Assembly (NCBI RefSeq): GCF_009914755.1
Contig: NC_060926.1
Source: the human T2T-CHM13v2.0 reference genome, Homo sapiens
Reading direction: 5' to 3' (one strand)
Length of the DNA: 64,000 bases
Below the pieces are notes generated by a model. That model saw nothing but the letters and a program-made list of their open reading frames with translations. It had not been told where the DNA came from and did no database searches. This document shows positions 53,264 through 64,000 of the stretch, piece after piece (the first letter of the stretch is position 1; every line of letters starts with the position of its first letter). Both the position numbers and the translations under genes were made by a program.

Positions 53264-54807
53264 TTTAGAACTTGTGTCTTTCCTAGGACTTGATTTGGGC
53301 AACACTACCAATGTAGGGGTAAGGTTCTTTGAAAGGTTGATAGGTTTTTACAGCTTCTAATTTAGGGTTCTATCTTTAACTCTAATAATACAATTACACG
53401 ATTTCAGAAAATTGTTCCCACTCTTACTAAGTTATGTATTCTTTCCTCTAAAAAGTTGGGTCTTATTGTATGCCTATAATATTACTTTGATTTATAGTTG
53501 GAAATTCAATATGTAGTCTTGATCTGTGTGTATCTATTTTATTAATTTAAAGACCTTATAAAGGGTCTATGATTCAGCATGGATTAATTTTTTAAATATT
53601 AAGATTTTTCCATTACCGCTGAATACGGTTCTCTAATTCTAACCACAATTTTACAGCTCTATACATATTGATGTGAAAGTATCAACGTTCAATAACCCAA
53701 GAGTCACAATTCAATCAGCTCAATAAAACTAGGAAAAAATTAAACTATGACAACTAAACAATAGCTGGGAGATTAATTCACTTTCTCTGTAATATTTCAG
53801 GCAATAAATATTTTAGAAGTGATTTTTCTTATATACCGAATGTAGAACTGGGTAATGAAAATTGCTTCATGAAAAGGGGAACATTTATTCTCAGACATGC
53901 CCCTGTTTTAGTCTTATGTACTGCTGAGGCTTTATGAACTTTTCTGAAATCCTCATTACCTGCTGGAACTTACTTTCAGTTCCAACTTGGGCACTTCAGA
54001 TATCTTTCTGTAAGAAACTTAAAGGAAAAAGAAAACATAGTTATGCAAAAGTCTTTTCTTGTGAATAGTTGACAGAGAGTTCTGGTGAATTAACTTATTA
54101 ATTTAGAGCCAATACTTGTGTGTCACTCTTATCGGGCCATTCAGTTAGCTGTGCTGCCTCTCTGGCCACAGACCTCACTGCTCACCTTGTTTGGCATCCT
54201 GGACACTTAAAACTTTGGTAATAAGAAGGATTTAACCAAAAGAACCTTGAGAACTGAGCACAACCATGATGTTATGGACAAAAAATAATACGAATGCATG
54301 TTCTGCTGACCATGTGGAAAGAATCACTTTCATACAGAAAGTCTAGTATATTTTAAAGCTGAATCAAGACACTGATGATTTAGAAAAGTGCATATCTTGT
54401 AATTCTTAGTTCAAATAAAAGTATCATATAAGTTTTAGTTCTGGGTGAATCATAAACAGTTAGAAATTAGAATGAGAAAAGAATCTATAAAGATAGACCT
54501 ATTGCCCAGCCTGTAGAGAAACTAGGAAAAATTTAGTTGACAGAAAGGTTTGATACCTGTCCCCTATGTAAAAGAAAATTACATGTTCTCTTACATGCAC
54601 TTGTAATTTTATTATTAACCACATTACATTCTTAAAAACCAAGCAAAGTTTATTTTAACAAAATTTGAAATTTAAAAATAAAGCATGGTTTGATATGATA
54701 AAACACAAATAAAATATTTCATATATCTGTTTCATAATTTAAGCATAGTGTTTTTCATCACAGTTTGACATTAGACCATGAATTCTAGGATAGGGAGCTG
54801 GTTGTAG

Positions 54808-57949
<3,142 letters not shown>

Positions 57950-58444
57950 GAAAACTCTTTAAATTCTTTAACAGGTTTTTCTTTTCAGATTTTTGGCCTT
58001 CCCTCAATATTAGGATTCCTTCACCTCCCCTTGCGTTACAGGGTAATATGTGCCTAGAGGAGAAAGAGAAAGGCATCACCTAAACCTTATCTCATTGTAC
58101 TCCTCCCTGCACTATCAGAGCTGCCAAAATTAGTGAGAACTCCAGTCGGAGTGTGCAGTACTTGTTCAAGTCCAACATCCAGCACATCCGAGGCCACTAT
58201 CTCCAATGAACCAGTTAAATTATTAGTTTTAAAAAACAAAGAAAAACAAAAAACCTAACTTGCGCTTTAACTTAGTTTCTTCTCTAACTCTAGCCTAAGG
58301 AACTGGCTATTATAGCTCCATCCTGTCATTCCTATGGTACTCTTAGAAAGCACAGACTATGTTCTAAATGTTATCACCTATAGCAGGCAGGCGATAGAAC
58401 AAACAGGGCAGAATAGATGCTTGCTAAATGAGAGGTAAAGAATG

Positions 58445-59270
58445 AAAACATTTCTAAAATACACATGGAACTACAACAACAAAAAAACATGAACAGTCAA
58501 AGCAATCTTTAGTCAGAAGAGCAATGCTGGTGGCATCACACTTCCTGATTTCAAAATATACTGCAAAGCTATAGTCAGTGTATTAGTCTGTTCTTACACT
58601 GCTATAAAGAACTACCTGAGACTGGGTAACGTATGAAGAAAAGAGGTTTAATTGACTCACGGTTCCATGGGCTGTACAGGAAGCATGGATGGGAGGCCTC
58701 AGGAAACTAACTTATAGAGGAATAAAGTACATATTACCATGGGGGAGCAGGAGGAAGAGAGAGCAAAGGGGGAAGTGCTACACACTTTCAAACAACCAGA
58801 TCTCATGACTACTCCATCACGAGAACAGCAAGGGGAAAGTGTACCCTCTGGATTCAATAACCTCCTACCAGGCCCCTCCTTCAACACTTGGCAATTACAA
58901 TTCGACATGAGATTTCTGTGGGGACACAGAGCCACACCATGTTAGTTATCAAAACAGTAATCTACTGGCATAAAAACTGGCATATAGACCAGTAAAACAG
59001 GATAGAGAGCCCAAAAATAAATCTACACATTTACAATCAATCATTGCCAGGAACACACAATCAAGAAAGCAAAGTTTCTTCAATTAATGGTGTTGGTTAA
59101 ACTGGATAGCCATCTTCAGAAGAATGAAAATGGACCATATCTCCCATATACAAAAATAAATACAAAAGAGCTTAAAGACTTAAATATAAGACCAGAAACT
59201 GTAAAATTACTAGAAAAAAATTTATAAAGAAAAGGCTTCTTGACATTGATCTGGGCAATGATTCCTTTTT
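58445..59270 (+). mobile_element. L1MA/L1M ORF2 3' fragment, split by MSTA
   Basis: 'ggcatcacacttcctgatttcaaaatatac', 'taaagacttaaatataagacc', 'ttcttgacattgatctgggcaatgatt'. Confidence 0.85.
58579..58944 (-). mobile_element. MSTA MaLR solo LTR
   Basis: 'tgtattagtctgttcttacactgctataaagaactacctgagactgggtaa' to 'gggacacagagccacaccatgtta'. Confidence 0.9.
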
Positions 59271-60044
59271 GTAGAAACATATTTACAAAACAGATTATTA
59301 ATTTTATATTTTTTAAATGGAAACTATGCTATATATCTTTTAGAAACCTGTAAATGTATGACAGTTATGAACCTTGTAGTTAGAGATAAGAAAATAAAAT
59401 CAGGAAGAAATACATTGTGGATACAACTTTATAATGGTATCTGTTAAGATTGAAATATGATTAAGGTATAGAAATGACTATGTAAAAGTTAGTTTAATAC
59501 GTGAACTTTCAAATAGATGAAACGTGCAGTCAGTTTGATCACATAATTGTGTTTTACCCTTAATATCCAAATTTCACAACAAAGTGATCTGGTGGGGGAC
59601 TCAGTACATTTCATTGATAGAAAGCATTTGAGGATTTGAAGCAGTGCTTTGAATCTCCAAACTACTATTCCTTCTTTCCTCTGTGTCAAATAGGAAATTA
59701 CATGTATGTAAGAACTGTATAATTGCATTTGTAATCTCTGACTACAAGCACTAGGGTTAGAGATGCTCCTTCAGTGAGGCCATATCTGTAATGAAATCAC
59801 TAATTGAATCTTCTACATACACTTCTTTGCCACAAGTAAAAAAGAAGTATTGAGAGATCTCCAACAATACTTATACAGCAAGAAAAAATTAAATATAGAG
59901 AAATATTAATATCTTGATTTGAATAAAATTGTTCTTATATTGGATAATAAGGAGACATTTCTTCCTCTCTTCTTCCAAAGACCTTTCTTGATTTCTTTTA
60001 AGGCTTTTTTTTTGGTACCAAGATTTCTAACAGTTCTTTCCTCA

Positions 60045-60568
60045 GGCAGTCATAATTACCATACATATTTCTCAAAAGTAGAATATAAGACAAGAAATTG
60101 GGTGCAGATGGTTGGTATGGGAAGCGATTTTAGGAAGAATAAATAAAGATCAGGGAGTTAGGGACAGGAAGAGAGGATATGCAATGAGGAATAAGTTACT
60201 ACTTAGCAGGTTACCATCATAGACAACTTGAACTTAAACCTATAGGAGACCTCTGAGGAGCCAGGTAAATCATAACTCAAAAGTCGTCAGCCAAAGGATG
60301 TTAAAACAGGAGTATTTACTCAGGACTGTCATCCCTCATTGCTTGCTCCTTTGGGCAATAATTTTTCATGGTCATGGTGTCTTCTATGCACTGAGAAAAT
60401 TCTCGTGGTTTCAGAGGAAGACCAGATTAAAGAAGCAGTTGAGTGACTTGAATGCTTGAGATAAGAAACTGTTACCAGGCAAGGTAACTACCCACCAGCC
60501 ACACAGCTGATGGTAAACTCAGTGGTGTGCAGAGGGAAATGGAATGGGATACCAGCTATACCTGCTGC
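60045..60568 (-). mobile_element. ERVL LTR (LTR16/LTR33 group), diverged
   Basis: 'agacaagaaattgggtgcag', 'agcaggttacca', 'ggagtattta', ending 'cctgctgca'. Confidence 0.55.
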
Positions 60569-60909
60569 AAACAGCCTCCCAACCTTCCTTGTGCCTATCC
60601 ATTCATTTTCCTACTGTCCAGATATACCCAGTTTCTATACTTTCCATATTATTTTCCTATCTTCCATTTCTTTAAATATCTGATTTCCTAGCCATACTGA
60701 ATTGCAGGATGAGATAACAGTCAGAAATTCAGAGATGACTGTTCTTGGAAGTAAATTATTTTCTTCATCATTTTAACAGCATTGAAGTTGAGAGTCACAT
60801 TATGCTTCTGGTTTAGAGACTTCTCACTGAGTGAAACAATATTCGAGAATTGATAAGGCGTAAAAGACTTGGAGGGGTGCAGAATTTCTTACACTCTCAC
60901 AGGGCCACA

Positions 60910-61562
60910 GCCTAATGGCTTATAGATACAATATTAAGTTATACCCACTATACACTGTAAATTCAAAATCCTTGTTAATGGCTGTAAAAAAAGCAATACT
61001 TAACTTACTCAATATATTAGTCGCTGATGCTGTACACTACTATCTTTCTAATCTTATAGCACTGAAGGTCAACTGGCTTCCTTGTTGCATCTCAAACATG
61101 ACATGCTTCTGCTATTTTCATTTGCCTTTCCTATACCAGGAACAACTTTGCTTGACTTCCTCCAGTGTGTGCATATTATTCAGGAAGTCGTTCAAAAATG
61201 TTACCTCTTCAGAGAAATTTTCCTTGATTCTATCATAAAAAATAGCACCTCCCAGATGACTGTCTACCTAATTAATTTTTCTCCACAAATAGACAAACCA
61301 AATATTTACATAAATCTTTTAAAATATTAAAAGATTGTGGAATCTTTTAATTTAAAAATATTAAATATTAAAATATTTAAACTATAAAAATCTTTTAAAA
61401 TATTTATGATTTTTAAAAATCTTTTGTTACTTATCTCCAATTTGAATGTAGGCCACTTCATAGGAAGGATATTGTCTTTTTATTTGCTGCTGTATTCCCA
61501 GTACCCAGTATAGTGTCTTTCACATAGCAGGAACTCAATAAATATTTGTTAAATAAATAAAC
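60910..61562 (+). mobile_element. L2 3' end
   Basis: 'aaatgttacctcttcagaga', 'gctgtattcccagtacccag..cacatagcaggaactcaataaatatttgttaaat'. Confidence 0.8.
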
Positions 61563-62817
61563 ATAGTGCTCTCAAAATGGAACCATTATTTGTTGCATTA
61601 ATATATACCACTACTGTAGTTAATATGCCTCAAGGAAGGTCTTTGCTTTATTAGTTTTTATTCCAAAATGAATTAATAGTATACTCAATATAAACTGTAT
61701 ATAGTACTGAGCCTGGTACATGTGTTCATTCACTGTTTAAAACATGAGCCAAGGTTCTAAAAAAGTAATGGATCTAGTGTGTCCTGTAATTTAAGTTTAT
61801 TTGATGAAAGCTATCATTAGAATCAAGCTTTAGGGGACTTTTCTGGTGAAGTATCACTTTTATTCAATGCATTGTGCCCTTAGGTAAAAAGTTTTTGCTG
61901 AGAATCTTAAAACAGAATTGTTTAACTGTTGATGGAGGAATCCTTTTATAAGATTTGTCCTCCAAACACATGACTTATTCTGGAGTCCAATGTGGTTTTG
62001 TGTTTCATTTTGTTTTATTTTGGTCTTCATTGAGTTGTAAATATGTTAATAACAGTTATGATCTTGTCATGGTAGTAGAGTTTGGAATTTTTCAAAATAT
62101 CCTGAGATTCATCAAAGCCTTTGTATTCTCAATTTGTGTGTGAAGTATAGAATAGTTTTGCAAGCACAAATGAAACCAATGATAAAGACATACACAATAC
62201 TTACAGGATAGTGATAAAAAGACACGCAGCTCTCCAGATGTAAGTAATGGAGCTTAAATTGTGTCCTCAAAAACTATTAAAAAGAAAATTGGAAGAAACT
62301 AATTACAAATTACGGAAAATTGGAAGCATTTCTCCTTATTACAAAAATACATTCCTAAGCATTAGATATATTACCCCAGGGTTGGTTATAGAAATATAAT
62401 AACGTTCAGTGGGTTTATTGAGAAGCTCTATGTTGAATTTTCTTCACAAACTCAACGTTTTCAGTGTTTGCATTTCGTCTTTGTAAATAAGCATGCTCAT
62501 AATCCAATTTTGCATAATTCAACATTTCTCATGACATGTTACATTCAATTATGTCACCCACACGTTTCTCCCCCACATTTGCAAAGTATTTCCTCCTTCT
62601 CAAGTTCATTTACTAAAGTAGTTTGATATTTTGCTTCCTCCTCATATTCTAAGATAATAAAACTGGATCTCTTAAAACTGTTTTAGCCATACATTTTCAT
62701 TAACAATTTCAAATACATTTATGCATATATGTAATACATTCTTGCCAACTGATATATTTAAATTTTGCAAGTCCTAATATATCTCAGTATACTTGACTCA
62801 GATAAATATAATATTAG

Positions 62818-63229
<412 letters not shown>

Positions 63230-63847
63230 TGCAAAGGCAGTCTTTTTATCCACTTATAAGACATGTTTAATCCATCATAGTCCACAAACATTTTTCCGAA
63301 CAAGTTCACCTAAGAGATTCATGGGAATAAATGATGTAAGCACAAATATTTAAACCCAATGCTCACTAATGGAAATGAAATTAGGAATATATGCACATAG
63401 GGAAACACTTCTAAAACCTCTGGAATCAAGGAAGAGTAAAACTCCATGTAACAAACTTTGAGGGATTCTTTTTCATTAACTGCAGAAATGTCAAGATTTT
63501 AGGAAGACTAATTGATGACTTTACCATCCTGTAAAACATAACAACAAAAAGAAAATGTGAGCTTCTGTAACATATAATTAGAGGAGCTGAGGGCAAAAGC
63601 AAAGGTAGGAGAGGGGTCACATCATAACCACTCCACTTTGAATAACTTCCCATTCAACTGGCTTAATGATATTTGAATGGAGTAGCAATGGAAAAAGCAA
63701 AGCAAACGTAATTATATTAGCCAGGAACAGTTAAGTAACAGCCTTTATTTACTTCATTGTTTCTATCACTTTGCATGTAAGCATCAGAAAGAAGGCCATT
63801 TGAACGTTATGTCATATCATCCCCATTCCAATTACTAAGCATCAGTT

Positions 63848-64000
63848 AGGAGGCTGAGACAGTGGATCACCTGATTTCAGGAGTTCCAGACTAGCCTGGC
63901 CAATGTGGTGAAAATCAGCCTCTACTAAAAATACAAAAATTAGCTGGGCAGCGTGGTGCATGCCTGTAATCCCAGCTACTTGGGAGGCTGAGGCAGGAGA
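63848..64000 (+). mobile_element. AluS (Sx/Sz-like), 5'-truncated and cut by the window end
   Basis: 'ggatcacctga..caggagttc', 'ctactaaaaatacaaaaattagctggg'. Confidence 0.9.

Overview
AT-rich, gene-poor primate genomic DNA (probably human or great ape, judging by AluY/AluYe5, L1PA4-like, THE1B and LTR22 content), most likely intergenic or deep intronic. I find no supportable cellular protein-coding gene, RNA gene or CRISPR array, and no convincing new multi-component system. Most longer ORFs in the track fall in Alu, L1, LTR/ERV or simple repeats, and the rest are short and unrecognisable. The window is a layered record of transposition: about a dozen Alus (several with clear TSDs), two twin-primed 5'-inverted L1s, three ERV-L internal remnants (two gag, one dUTPase), a near-complete THE1B MaLR element, solo ERV1/ERVK/MaLR LTRs, and Ricksha and Tigger3 DNA transposons. 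The most notable observations are a Ricksha>AluJ>LTR22 triple nest, an inverted L1 inside an AluY that creates a 341-codon chimeric ORF, a DUX4-type motif in the THE1B 3' LTR, tandem octamers in an ERV1 LTR, a templated-insertion scar in MER52, an orphan insert duplicating a Tigger3 TIR, and a 19-bp-arm AT-rich palindrome. Subfamily names come from recalled consensus sequences and need RepeatMasker/Dfam confirmation.
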